A stretch of DNA of 63,594 nucleotides, the filler included, from Reclinomonas americana ATCC 50394 (Eukaryota), in assembly GCA_048213135.1 (NCBI GenBank). It is 12 parts of 6 records of this genome, joined end to end, with 100 filler letters (N's around TTAATTAATTAA, not from the genome) between each part and the next. Parts side by side here need not be neighbours in the genome. Positions count along the whole stretch, not along the records: positions 38,048 to 40,690 come from PS015578.1; positions 40,791 to 52,288 come from PS015578.1; 10 more parts are not named here. One strand, written 5' to 3'. This document shows positions 38,400 through 50,799 of this stretch, one piece after another. Under the pieces are notes generated by a model. That model was not told the DNA's origin and did not search any database. It worked only from the letters and a program-made list of their open reading frames with translations. Both the position numbers and the translations under genes were made by a program. Numbering within the stretch: the first letter of the stretch is position 1; each line of letters begins with the position of its first letter.

Positions 38400-38585
38400 T
38401 CAACGGACAAGAGTGACCACGCCTACATCATCGAGGCAGTGGCTGTTGCTGGTGTTGCTGGCGATCGCGAATTCGAAGTGGTACCGGTCGTGGCTGCGAA
38501 GCAATGCGGTCGAGCAACTTGGCCACTTAAGCTTGCCGCTGCGCTTGACAACATCGATATCAGGCACGCTACACCTCATTTTCTG
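38400..38585 (-). pseudogene. Internally deleted ANK-family remnant (start exon joined near the end of the ANK exon)
   Basis: aaaatgaggtgt start signature followed shortly by agcggcaag..gtggccaagttgctcgaccgcattgct, the LLDRLA segment. Confidence 0.55.
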
Positions 38586-38842
38586 TGAACGGCATCTCTA
38601 TCTCCCCTCCTCTGTCTCTCTCCCTCTGTCTCACACTCTGCGCCTTCTCTACGCGCGTCCTACTGGTGGACTTGACAGCGATTTATTAATCAGGTCGAAG
38701 ATAGAGGTGTTGTGCCATGACTCGCGACAGAGATTCATGAAGTGTGGAGAGGCTTCACGACGATGCACATAATCAAACTTTGGGGGCTGGTGACATCTTC
38801 AAGTCGGGAGCAAGACGTCGCACTCCAGCGCGTAGACTTGCA

Positions 38843-39940
38843 TCAATCCTCTTCATGCAGATGTGCAGTCTGATCGTCCTTGTCGCGCACGGCAGCAGTC
38901 AGTTGAGCTTGCAGGTGACCATGAACTCGCTGCCAGTCAGCATTGCCTTGCTGCAGCTGAGCGATGATTTCTTCGTACTCCCGTCGCTGTCGATCCCACT
39001 CTCGCCGTTGCTCCACTTGTTCCTGCTGTGCGGCGGCGAGATCGCGCTGGAGTTGAGCAAGGAGTGCGTCCTTGTCGGCCAGCTGGCGTTTCAATGCGGC
39101 GAGATCGTCGCCAGTCGCCTGCACAGATGGCAGATGTGACACAAGAGTTCGCGGGTGAAATGGAACACAAGGACGATCAACAGACGCATAGGTTGACACT
39201 CACTGTCTCACCTGGCCCACTGGCACTGCGTGTTTCGCAGCATGACGAAAGAGAGTGTGAGCACGAGCGGTATGAAATCACAACTTGACAACACCACCAC
39301 ACCTGCTGATAGAGGAGACTGCGCAGCGAGTCGGTCGAGCAACTCGGCCGCCGCAGGGTTGTCATTGTCACGCGCCACCTGCGCCGCTGTCTTGCCCTCC
39401 TTGTCGACCATGGGAACGAGTTCGGGGAAGCGAGTGGCGAGGAGTTGCACGATGGCTTCGCGGCCTCGATAGGCAGCATAATGCAGTGCAGTGAAATGCG
39501 GATAGAAGTCACGGTCATAGGAGACCGCCCGCACCATCTCCATCGGACATCGTCGCTCATCGGCAAGCAACCACTCCACCACGTGCAAATGCCCATAGTA
39601 GGCAGCCGACATCAGTGGCGTCGAGCCCCAATCGCTGACCATTTGTGCGAGTTCCGGACCGACACCACTCTCCTCCCACAAATAATCCAACACAGAGAGA
39701 TGGCCTCTGGCAGCGCCATTGTGAAATGCCGACCAGCCAGCACTTCCCATCTCCTCTCTCTTCAGCAGTGTCTGTGCGCCCTCACGTGCCACCAACTCGC
39801 GCAGAGCCTGCACATCGCCATCATAAGCCATCTGCCATGCTTTCTTCCGAGGAGCACTGCCACCAAAGAGGCAAAAGCAGAAGCGCGAGTGAGAGTGTGA
39901 GAGAGAGAATGCAACCTGACAACATCATAGCACACCTCAT
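38843..39940 (-). CDS. Ankyrin + short coiled coil, kinase-less paralog (copy C, near-duplicate of B)
   Basis: ANK protein almost identical to copy B; ends HLHEED*. Confidence 0.8.
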
Positions 39941-40367
39941 TTTCTTTTATCCCGAGGCAGAAGGGGAAACGATAGCAACTCTCTCTCTCTTTCTTTCTCT
40001 CTCTCTCTCTCTGCCTCACACACACTGTTCGACCACTGTGTTGTGATTTTCCCGCGTGTCCTGTTTCATTTGCGAACTGAGATTGCAGTAGCGACGTCGT
40101 GTTGTTGCAAGGAGAGATCTGTGGAGTTTGGAAGGGTGTTGTACACGCAAGTCCACCCTTGCTCGCTCATATCGGCTTGCTCCAGCTGCAAATCGACAGC
40201 AAGACGTTCCTCAATCATGCTTCACGACGCATGTCGCGCTGACTACATTCCGACGACGACGCTGACAGCAAGGCAGTGTATTCCTCGGTCATTGAATAAA
40301 GCTGATCTGCGCCAGCTCATATCCAACAACCTATTCCTCGCGTGACTGTCTCTGGCTTATTTCACTC

Positions 40368-40550
40368 TCATTCGTCATCGTAAACTGACCACACACCTCG
40401 CGCAGTGCGCGCATCGCACCTCCTGCGATCGCGGCGCATGGTCATGCATCGCATGTCGAGCTCGAACATCGGTTTTGTGATGCGTGGTGTCCACTCTGCT
40501 CTACTATCCACCAGCACCATGGCATTCAGCGAAGGAAGCGAGTCGTCCGA
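40368..40550 (-). pseudogene. Decayed last-exon fragment of the Pelle-type kinase
   Basis: LVDSRAEWTPRITKPMFELDMRCMTMRRDR followed by a frameshift. Confidence 0.75.
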
Positions 40551-40593
40551 CTTGCCAAGCAAGCGACCACCTCCACTCCATTTTTGCCGTCTC

Positions 40594-41940
40594 TCATAAC
40601 GACGGTCCAGCCGCAGCCGCTTCAAGCCCTCCTACCACACCGGCCACCTCGCACAATCGCTTCAGCTCATCGTGCACATATGTTGCCGATNNNNNNNNNN
40701 NNNNNNNNNNNNNNNNNNNNNNNNNNNNNNNNNNTTAATTAATTAANNNNNNNNNNNNNNNNNNNNNNNNNNNNNNNNNNNNNNNNNNNNTTCTCGACGA
40801 GTGGCGATGAGCCAGAGCAGCGAACCGAGTCCATACACATCCGCTCGTTCATCGTACTGCAAGTGGTCAAGGAATTATGAGTGCCAAACACAAAAATGAA
40901 GAGAAGGCAACTGCGCACCTGCTGTTCCAACATGGCCTCGGGTGCAGCATACGCCGCCGTTCCGTGATTCGACTGCATCTTGCCAAGAGTGCCGTGAATT
41001 TTGGCCTCCCCAAAATCGCACACTTTGGCCACGAGTCGGTCCTCGCTGATGAGAATGTCTGCGGACATTTAGGGAGGAGGTAAGGGGAGAGGGCGAGAGC
41101 GATGAGGAAATGTGAGCGGGTAAAGAAGCTTGATTGACAACGAAGTCAGTCTAACTTCCCAGCAGAGTCACTCTTTTCTTCGTCAGAGAAAACGACAGCA
41201 AGAGCTGGAAAGGCTCGCCGAACAACTCGAACCCGAAGAGGACATCCACCTTTCTCTTGATGAATTCTTGCGGTATCTCTCTCGCTGACTCAAACTGCCC
41301 TCTCCCACTTCATGTCAGCCCCTATTCCCCTCCATGACACGCAACTCTGCGGCTTGAGATCCCGATGCACCACACGACGTGAGTGCATGTACACCACCGC
41401 CGACGCCACTTGCAAGAGCAGGCTGAGCAGCTGATTAGTCGTCATGCGCTCGTCCTTCACCAGGTCGTGCAATGTTTCGGCGTTTCCTTCCTCGCCTTCT
41501 TGACCGACATACTCGAGAATTAGACCGAGGCCGTTTCGATCGTCGTTGCAAACGGCCATCAATTTCACAATGTGTGGATGACTGAATTAGCAGGCGCATA
41601 AGTGACGGCGATCAGCATTCAAGTGATGTTATCACAAATCACCCAACTCGAGCTGCATCAGCAAGGCATGTTCGTTCTCGAAGCAATCTCGAATGCGTCT
41701 CCAGTCCGGTGACTGCGATTCACGTGCTTGCCGCCGGACAAAGTAGCGCTTGTACGCCACAGTCTGTGAGTTGCCACCGAGTCGGAGAGTTGCGAACTCG
41801 CGCAGTGCCTTCACATCGCCATCTCTTCCCATCTCGTATGCTTTCTTCCGACGAGCACTGCCACCAAAGAGGCAAAAGCAGAAGCGCGAATGAGAGTGAG
41901 AGAGAGAATGCCACCTGACAACAATCACAGCACACCTCAT
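40594..41940 (-). CDS. Chimeric gene: ANK-family start fused in frame to a TKL kinase lacking the Gly-rich loop
   Basis: MSARRKKAYEMGRDGDVKALREF|ATLRLGGNSQTVAYKR..FENEHALLMQLDHPHIVKL..HRDLKPQNIL..DFG..GTAAYAAPE..ADVYGLG; C-terminus at 40690-40594 across a linker. Confidence 0.7.
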
Positions 41941-42341
41941 TTTCTTTGATCCCGAGACTGAAGGGGAAACGATAGTAACTCTCTCTCTCTCTTACACACA
42001 CACTCTCTCTCTCTCTCGGCGCCTGACACACTCACGGCGTTCACTCAGTGACAGCCTTTTTCCGCGTGTCCTGTATCATGGCGTCGTTTTGTTCTTGTTA
42101 TGTTATGATTCGCGAGAGCTTGGAAGACTTCAGCATGGCACGCAATCAGCTCCTGCTTGCTAACACGGGGCCTTGTACCAATGCACGGCAACAGCACGAC
42201 AATGCATGCAACATCGAAGTCGACGTCGTCCGATTAATATTTGCAAGCTCACATACCGTAAGACGAGCTCCAGTTCAACATAGTGTGGCCTCTACTCTGC
42301 TCCACAATCACCCAAAAGAGCCTGCAGATCGCGTGTCCGCC

Positions 42342-43458
42342 ATGTCTCGACTCGACGTCGACCGTTTCAATTTATCGAACACGCTCATTGCTTCAATGTG
42401 GCAAGCGTATCAAGCGTTGCGCCTCTCTGAGAGAAGAGCGTGTCAGTCGCTCTCTCTTTCTCTCACTCTTTCTTCTCTCTCTGTGCGTGCAGGATCGGCC
42501 CAACAGACGGCGCAAAGGAATTATTCAAGAGAGAGCTGGAGGCTGCTGTCGAGTCAAAGGATACAGGTGGGCGCGCAGAGTGAGAGAGAGAGAGAGAGAG
42601 AGAGAGNNNNNNNNNNNNNNNNNNNNNNNNNNNNNNNNNNNNNNNNNNNNNNNNNNNNNNNNNNNNNNNNNNNNNNNNNNNNNNNNNNNNNNNNNNNNNN
42701 NNNNNNNNNNNNNNNNNNNNNNNNNNNNNNNNNNNNNNNNNNNNNNNNNNNNNNNNNNNNNNNNNNNNNNNNNNNNNNNNNNNNNNNNNNNNNNNNNNNN
42801 NNNNNNNNNNNNNNNNNNNNNNNNNNNNNNNNNNNNNNNNNNNNNNNNNNNNNNNNNNNNNNNNNNNNNNNNNNNNNNNNNNNNNNNNNNNNNNNNNNNN
42901 NNNNNNNNNNNNNNNNNNNNNNNNNNNNNNNNNNNNNNNNNTCTCCCATTTCCTCACCTTCCACCTTCTCCCCCACAGCACGGCGGTCTTGAAGCCGGCC
43001 TGCACCGCGACGCCGGATGCCTGAAAGAAGGATGCGAGTGCCGCTCCTTCCGCTACATTCCTCGCAGTTGCGCGCACCCTTCCCCCTCAATCTTCCCCCT
43101 GCCCATCTCGCCTCACATCACACACACAGGTCCCGAGGAAATCGGCGAACCATGGATCCGCTTCCGCGGTCGCTTCAACGCCAAGGCATGGCGCGTGCGC
43201 TGTGTGTGCGAGCACACGCACACGCAGCACCAGTGCTCGTTCCAATCGTCGCGGTGCATGCAAGAGGGGTGCGAGTGCGACATGTTTATCGGCAATTTTG
43301 TGGTGCGTTGTGCGAGAGGGAAGAGATATCGATGAAGAGTGCTTATTCATCGCGCGCAGTGTGTGTCGTGTGATCGGCCATGGGAGGAGCACGAGACGGT
43401 GTTTGAGACGGAGCGCATGCGGAGAGAGGCGGGAAGGCCAGTGGGCGATCACTACAAG
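42342..43458 (+). CDS. FAM221B: FAM221B-like Cys/His-rich protein (partial, gapped)
   Basis: GAKELFKRELEAA; CECRSFRYIP.PEEIGEPW..FNAKAWRVRCVCEHTH; CVSCDRPWEEHETVFETERMRREAGRPVG. Confidence 0.8.
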
Positions 43459-44471
43459 GTGTGGCGAAGGAGATGGGATTGTCACAGTCGAGTGTGCGTG
43501 CTGACTCGAGTGCGGTGCAGCCCNNNNNNNNNNNNNNNNNNNNNNNNNNNNNNNNNNNNNNNNNNNNNNNNNNNNNNNNNNNNNNNNNNNNNNNNNNNNN
43601 NNNNNNNNNNNNNNNNNNNNNNNNNNNNNNNNNNNNNNNNNNNNNNNNNNNNNNNNNNNNNNNNNNNNNNNNNNNNNNNNNNNNNNNNNNNNNNNNNNNN
43701 NNNNNNNNNNNNNNNNNNNNNNNNNNNNNNNNNNNNNNNNNNNNNNNNNNNNNNNNNNNNNNNNNNNNNNNNNNNNNNNNNNNNNNNNNNNNNNNNNNNN
43801 NNNNNNNNNNNNNNNNNNNNNNNNNNNNNNNNNNNNNNNNNNNNNNNNNNNNNNNNNNNNNNNNNNNNNNNNNNNNNNNNNNNNNNNNNNNNNNNNNNNN
43901 NNNNNNNNNNNNNNNNNNNNNNNNNNNNNNNNNNNNNNNNNNNNNNNNNNNNNNNNNNNNNNNNNNNNNNNNNNNNNNNNNNNNNNNNNNNNNNNNNNNN
44001 NNNNNNNNNNNNNNNNNNNNNNNNNNNNNNNNNNNNNNNNNNNNNNNNNNNNNNNNNNNNNNNNNNNNNNNNNNNNNNNNNNNNNNNNNNNNNNNNNNNN
44101 NNNNNNNNNNNNNNNNNNNNNNNNNNNNNNNNNNNNNNNNNNNNNNNNNNNNNNNNNNNNNNNNNNNNNNNNNNNNNNNNNNNNNNNNNNNNNNNNNNNN
44201 NNNNNNNNNNNNNNNNNNNNNNNNNNNNNNNNNNNNNNNNNNNNNNNNNNNNNNNNNNNNNNNNNNNNNNNNNNNNNNNNNNNNNNNNNNNNNNNNNNNN
44301 NNNNNNNNNNNNNNNNNNNNNNNNNNNNNNNNNNNNNNNNNNNNNNNNNNNNNNNNNNNNNNNNNNNNNNNNNNNNNNNNNNNNNNNNNNNNNNNNNNNN
44401 NNNNNNNNNNNNNNNNNNNNNNNNNNNNNNNNNNNNNNNNNNNNNNNNNNNNNNNNNNNNNNNNNNNNNNN

Positions 44472-45171
44472 CCACCACCGACACCGGCCGCCCCTTAAAC
44501 GCCTCCTCATCCCCCGGATACACAAACGGCGGCCCCGGAGGCTCCACCAGCACCAACCTACCCTCCTCCTCCTCCTCCTCCTCTTCCTCAAGCAACGCAT
44601 CCTCCTCACTTGAACTCCTCGCTCTTCTCCGCTTCTTCCTCCACGACTTGTGCGGATCAGAGAAACTCCGCGCATCGGCATTGACCACACACAGCACGAC
44701 CAGTCCAACCAGTCCACTGAACAGCGCCAACACCATGCACGCCGCACCCATCACTGTCAACACAAAATACACTCTCCCCGGCGTGCCTACACGCGGATCA
44801 TCCCAGAAGAAGCGCAAGTGCAGGCACTGGAAGCACAACGACACAATGCCCATGGCACTCGCACACAGCATGCCCAGTGTGACCACAATCGCGATAAAGA
44901 TGATCGAGGTGAGGGCGCAGCGATTGCGCAGACAGCGATGGAGGACCGTAAAGGCAATGGCCAGTGTTAGTAGCGCAGAGACCACGACAATCACGCTCGC
45001 GAGGGAGAGGCGCACGGCGGCCTGCACGTGCATGTTGTTGGAGGTGTCCGCCGCGTGGAAGATGAGGAAGAGGGGGATTTGGAGGGCGGCGAGGCCGGCG
45101 ATGAGTGTGAGGAGAAGGCCCCAGAGGAGGAGCAGTTGGCAGACGGTGAGGTTGATCTCGGGGAGGTACAT
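44472..45171 (-). CDS. Intronless four-transmembrane orphan protein (3' end in gap)
   Basis: Four hydrophobic segments; LQIPLFLIF.AAD.S.N.HVQ.AVRLSLAS and LRFFWDDPR.G..GR.Y.VL are shared with 49813-50547. Confidence 0.7.
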
Positions 45172-45244
45172 GAGTGGAAGGAGAGGGGAGAGATGGATAT
45201 CGCGAGTCTTTCTTTGTCACGCGGTATTGGATGATTGGTGTCGT

Positions 45245-45567
45245 GCAGCTTGTACAGCCGTAAAGGCAATGGCCAGTGTTAGTAGCGCAGAGACCACGAC
45301 AATCACGCTCGCGAGGGAGAGGCGCACGACGGCCTGCACGTGCATGTTGTTGGAGGTGTCTGCCGCGTGGAAGATGAGGAAGAGGGGGATTTGGAGGGCG
45401 GCGAGGCCGGCAATGAGTGTGAGGAGAAGGCCCCAGAGGAGGAGCAGTTGGCAGGCGGTGACGTTGATCTCCGGGAGGTACGTGAGTGGAAGGAGAAGGA
45501 TATTCGGAGGAGATAGATATCGCGAGTCTTTCTTTGTCACGCGGTATTGGATGATTGGTGTCTGGCC
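45245..45567 (-). pseudogene. Truncated 5' tandem duplicate of the 4TM gene, start ATG changed to ACG
   Basis: Near-identical to about 44948-45245. Confidence 0.75.
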
Positions 45568-45903
45568 NNNNNNNNNNNNNNNNNNNNNNNNNNNNNNNNN
45601 NNNNNNNNNNNNNNNNNNNNNNNNNNNNNNNNNNNNNNNNNNNNNNNNNNNNNNNNNNNNNNNNNNNNNNNNNNNNNNNNNNNNNNNNNNNNNNNNNNNN
45701 NNNNNNNNNNNNNNNNNNNNNNNNNNNNNNNNNNNNNNNNNNNNNNNNNNNNNNNNNNNNNNNNNNNNNNNNNNNNNNNNNNNNNNNNNNNNNNNNNNNN
45801 NNNNNNNNNNNNNNNNNNNNNNNNNGAGAGAGAGAGTGAGTGAGTGAGTGAGTGAGTGAGAGAGAGAGAGAGAGTGAGTTGCCGTTGTTTTCTCTCAAAG
45901 AAA

Positions 45904-48737
45904 ATGAGGTGTGCTGTGATGTTGTCAGGTGGCGTTCTCTCTCACTCTCACTCGCGCTTCTGCTTTTGCCTCTTTGGTGGCAGTGCTCGTCGGAAGAAAG
46001 CATGGGAGATGGCGAAGGATGTCGATGTGAAGGCACTGCGCGAGTTGGTGGCGCGTGAGGGCGCACAGACTCTGCTGAAGAGAGAGGAGATGCTTCTTGG
46101 CCAGACGGCATTCTACTATGCCGCTCAGCAAGGCCATCTCTCTGTTTTGGAGTATTTGTGGGAGGAGAGTGGTGTCGGGCCACAACTCGCACAAATGGTC
46201 AGCGACTATGGCTTCACGCCACTGATGGCGGCTGCCTTCGATGGGCAACTGCAAGTGGTGGAGTGGTTGCTTGCCGATGAGCGACGATGTCCGCCGGAGA
46301 TGGTGCGGGCGGTCACCAATGACCGTGCCGGCTATCCGCAGTCCACTGCACTGCATTGGGCTGCCGCTAATGGCCACGAAGCCATAGCGCGACTCCTCGC
46401 CACTCGCTTTCCCGACCTCATTCCCATGGTCGACAAGGAGGGCAAGACGGCTGCTCAGTGGGCACGCGATAACGACAAGCATCAAGTGGCCGACTTGCTC
46501 GACCGCCTCGCTGCGCAGCCAGCACCACCACCACAACAGCAACAACAGCAGTCGCGATCCCCGCCTCCTGCAGGTATGATGACCTCTCTTATGTCTGTTG
46601 GCAAGTTGTGTTCCTGCTCACACTCCACCATCTGTGGTTTGTCTTTGTGTGTCGTTCCTGGCGAATTTGCAGTACCAGCACGCCAGGTGAGGCGGAGAGT
46701 GCCACTCGCTGCTTCTTTTGCTCACGAAACTCGCTTCTCACATCCGTTCCGTGTCTACCTCGTACTCTCGTAAATATGCAGTCGGCTGTTGATGATCCCA
46801 CCGTCGCACGCCAGCTTGCCGACAAGGACGCACTTCTTGCGCAACTGCAGCGCGATTTTGCTGCAGCGCACCAGGAACGGGAGCAGCAACAGCGGGCGTG
46901 TGATCGACAGCGACGTGAGCACGAAGACATTGTCGCTCAGTTGCAGCAAGCCAACGCAGAGCTCGAAGGGAGCAAGGTCGAAGAACTGCAGAAGAATGGC
47001 CAACTGCAGCGTGCAGTGATGGAACTTGAGCGAGTCAAGGTTGAGGAGCAACAAAAGAACGCCCAACTGCAGCAGGCGATCGGTGGATGGCAGCGAGCTC
47101 ATGCCAGTGAGCAGAAGAGGAACGCCCAGTTGCAGCGATCCGTCACAGAGCTGCAGCATACTGTCGCGGAATGGCAACAAGCCCACGGCCAACTGCAGGC
47201 TCAGCTAACTGCGGCTCTGCGCGACAAGGACGATCTCACCGCGCAGCTGCAAGAAAGCAATCAACTCGTCTCCCAGCTGCGACAGGACCTCCTCCTCACC
47301 CAAGGTCTGTCTCTTGCCCTCTTTCTTTCCTCATATCGGTGATCCGTGTCCTTCATTCTCACCATTCCTCTTTTCCCCATCACGCTCTCCACAGTCGACA
47401 CCGCTGTGCAGCGTTTCGAGTGGCCCGAGATCGTGCAAGCCACCGACTCATTCTCCCCCCGCCTCAAGGTCGGCGAGGGTGGTCAGGGTGCCGTCTTCAT
47501 CACTCTGCTGCGCGAGATGCACGTGGCCATCAAGGTGCTCGACCCCGACGCTCCGTGGACGATGGAGTCGTTTGAGAGTGAGGTGTGTGACTCTCCTTAT
47601 ATTCTTCCTGTCTCTCCCTTCTCATCCTTCTCTCTTCGCAGGTTGCCACCCTCGGTCGCCTGCGCGATCGTCGCATTGTACCTCTTGTCGGCTATTCGGT
47701 GGGCGACGACAAGGCACGCTGTCTCGTGTACAAGGCCCTGCAGTTCGTGTCCATCTCTCTCTTCTTCTCATCCGTCATCACCTCACTGTGAAAGCACACA
47801 GAGTTCCCAACCTGGAGGATCTGTTGCTACTGCCACGCGCTGGTCGTGCACCACTCACGGTCGTGCAGCGTGTGCAGATTGGTCTCGGACTGGCCGAGGC
47901 TGTGGCATTCTTGCACAAGGTTTGCGTGATGTGGATACCATCCTCCGTCTCCCATCCACCCTCTCCGTCACCTGAGCTCTCTGTTCAGCACTCTCTTCCT
48001 CTTCTCTCGTCGTCGCTCTTCCGCTGTTCTTGTTCTCCCACTTTCACGTATTCTCTCTGGATAGCCCTGCTCTCTGTCTTGCCCTTTTTCTCTCCTCTAT
48101 CCTTGCCGCCCTCGTGCTGTTCGTGTCTCTCCAAATCTCTCTCACTTTCTCTTTTTTTTCGCTGTTGTGTTTTATGTTTTGTTCCTTGCCTCACTCACCC
48201 CTCCTCGCAGAATAATGTGGTGCACCGCGACATCAAGCCCTCCAACGTGCTTCTCGATCACCGACTGGAGCCATGTCTCGGTGACTTTGGCATTGCGCGG
48301 TCGATTGCAGATGGCAAAGTCTGTTGTGCTCCTCCTCTTCGCTTCCTTCCTTCATTCTCTCTCACCCTCTTCCATCACAGACCACCACCGCCGCCGGCAC
48401 GCTGGACTACATGGATCCACTGGCGATGCGTGTGCGTCGACCGCAACCCAAGCACGACGTGTACAGCACGGGTGCGGTGCTGGTGCAGCTGGTCACCGGC
48501 AAGCCCGTGGCCACTGTGGTCGACTGGTCCGTGGAGTGGGACGACTCGCCAGCCTCGCTGCGCCCCATGGAGTTGGTTGACCGTGGAGCACAGTGGACTC
48601 CGCGCATCGCTGAGCCCATGTTTGAGCTCGGCATGCGCTGTATGAGTGTGCGACGCGATCGGCCGACGACGCAAGAGGTGCTCGATGTGATGCGCGCACT
48701 GCGCGAGGCATGTGGCCAGTTTACGCTGGAACTTTGA
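45904..48737 (+). CDS. Ankyrin repeats + coiled coil + Pelle/IRAK/RLK-type kinase (copy D)
   Basis: Same exon structure as copy A (ATGAG 45904-45908; 14-nt exon 46673-46686); VAIK, HRD and DFG intact. Confidence 0.9.
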
Positions 48738-49205
48738 CGAGGAAAGCAAGTTGTTAATTGTGCCTGTCATCCTTATTTATCTGTCCAGAAGTCACTGTTG
48801 TGCAATGCAAGTTGCTTTTTCTCGTGTCAGTGCTAAGTCTCTTCAATCAGTTTGCCTTTGTCTTCGCAGTAGCGGCTCTCTCATTTTTTGCGGGCTGCCA
48901 CTGTCTTTGCATCCCAATCAGCAGCGCTGGAAACACTCGACGCCGCTCTTCTTTTTTCTCTTGATCTCGCCACCAGATGCAACGCGAAGAGTTGTCTGTT
49001 CCACGCCTTGCTTTGCTTGCTGCACTGCAGCTTCGCGTCTCTGAAAGGGGGTCAACAGAGAAGCGATTGCTCACGATAATATCTCGCCAAGGTACGAAGG
49101 GGTTCGGATTCTCTCTTTCTCTTTCTCTCTCGCTGTGCTTGACTGCGTCACTCAAGCACTATTTTCTCGATTGTGTGTCGTCGCTCTCGCTCACCCTCTC
49201 CCTCT

Positions 49206-49314
<109 letters not shown>

Positions 49315-49812
49315 NNNNNNNNNNNNNNNNNNNNNNNNNNNNNNNNNNNNNNNNNNNNNNNNNNNNNNNNNNNNNNNNNNNNNNNNNNNNNNNNNNNNNN
49401 NNNNNNNNNNNNNNNNNNNNNNNNNNNNNNNNNNNNNNNNNNNNNNNNNNNNNNNNNNNNNNNNTCTCTCTCTCGCTTTTTATCGCTTTTCTTGCTTTTC
49501 CTCGTAGCTCTTCCAAGCCCCACTCGTTTTCCTCTCCCTCTCCTCTCCCTGCATTTATTACTTCTCTTTCTCTCTCTTTCTCGGCTTTCTCTCTCTCTCT
49601 CCCTCTCTCCCTCTCTCCCTCTCTCCCTCTCCGCTCTCTCTCTCCCCCTCTCTCGCTCTTTCTCGCTCTCTTCCCCATCCCTGTCCCCTTCCCCCTTCCC
49701 GCCCCTCTCCCTCTCCCTTGCCGCTCCCTCCCCCTCTCCCCGCTCCCATCTATCTCCCATTCCCCGCTTCCACTTGCACTCATTCATTACAAAAATCCCT
49801 TCCCCCTCATCA

Positions 49813-50547
49813 TCACGGCTCCTCCGTCGCCAACGGCGCATACGCACCTCCACCACCTCCACTCGCCACCCCCGTCGGCGTCTCCCCCTTTCTCCCCCCA
49901 ATCACCCTCGACACCGGCACACCACCACTGCTCCTCCTCCTCTTCCCCGCACCACTCGACGACGATCCCACCGACCCATTACACAGCATGCACGCCACAA
50001 AACAGCACCCAAACAGCGCAAACAACACCGTAAAGAACACGCCCATCAATCCAATCGCCGAGAGCACATAGTACGCGCGCCCGGCATTGCCCGCACGCGG
50101 ATCGTCCCAGAAAAACCTCAAGTTCTTCGTCTGGAAGATGAACGAGGCGAGATTCATCGCGCCCGCGCCCATCAGCCCAAACAACGCCACCATCGCGAGC
50201 ACAACGCCAAGCGCCACAAGCACTTTCCCGCGCACAGTGTCCGTCGAGGCAGTGAACGAGGCCGCGTAGCCTTGAATTCCCTCGGGTGGCGGCGCTTCCG
50301 TGTCATCGTCCTGCTGCCCGCAGCAAACGACCAGCGCAGCAACGCCCAACGCGAGCGCGGCAGTTCCCGCGCAAATGACGGTGGAGGCGAGGGAGAGGCG
50401 CACGGCGGATTGCACTTGAACGTTGCCCGAGTGATCGGCGGCCGAGTAGATGAGGAAGAGAGGGACTTGGAGGCCGAGGAAGAAGCCGAGGTAGATGGTG
50501 ATGATGATGGTGATGATGGAGAGGAAGAAGCAGCGGGGGGACACCAT
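49813..50547 (-). CDS. Intronless four-transmembrane orphan protein, paralog of 44472-45171
   Basis: MVSPRCFFLSIITIII..LQVPLFLIYSAADHSGNVQVQSAVRLSLAS..LRFFWDDPRAGNAGRAYYVL..CCFVACMLC..YAPL*. Confidence 0.75.
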   Translation of the reverse strand: MVSPRCFFLSIITIIITIYLGFFLGLQVPLFLIYSAADHSGNVQVQSAVRLSLASTVICAGTAALALGVAALVVCCGQQDDDTEAPPPEGIQGYAASFTASTDTVRGKVLVALGVVLAMVALFGLMGAGAMNLASFIFQTKNLRFFWDDPRAGNAGRAYYVLSAIGLMGVFFTVLFALFGCCFVACMLCNGSVGSSSSGAGKRRRSSGGVPVSRVIGGRKGETPTGVASGGGGGAYAPLATEEP

Positions 50548-50799
50548 CTCTCCTTCCCAAAGTGTGTGTGTGTGGGGCAAAGATATGTGCTCGCGAGTGG
50601 ATTTCGCGAGCACGAAAGTCGCGAACTCATGTGGAGTTGGGAAGGAGAGGGAGAAGGTGGGAAAGTGCATGTGGAGAGGAGGTGGCGGAGAGGTGATGCG
50701 TGCAGGTTGCTGGTGAGTGGATCATTTTGTGATTGCAATTTCGATATCGATATCGCGATCGATATTTACTTGCAGCTGCTGCCTGTGATTGCATGCACA

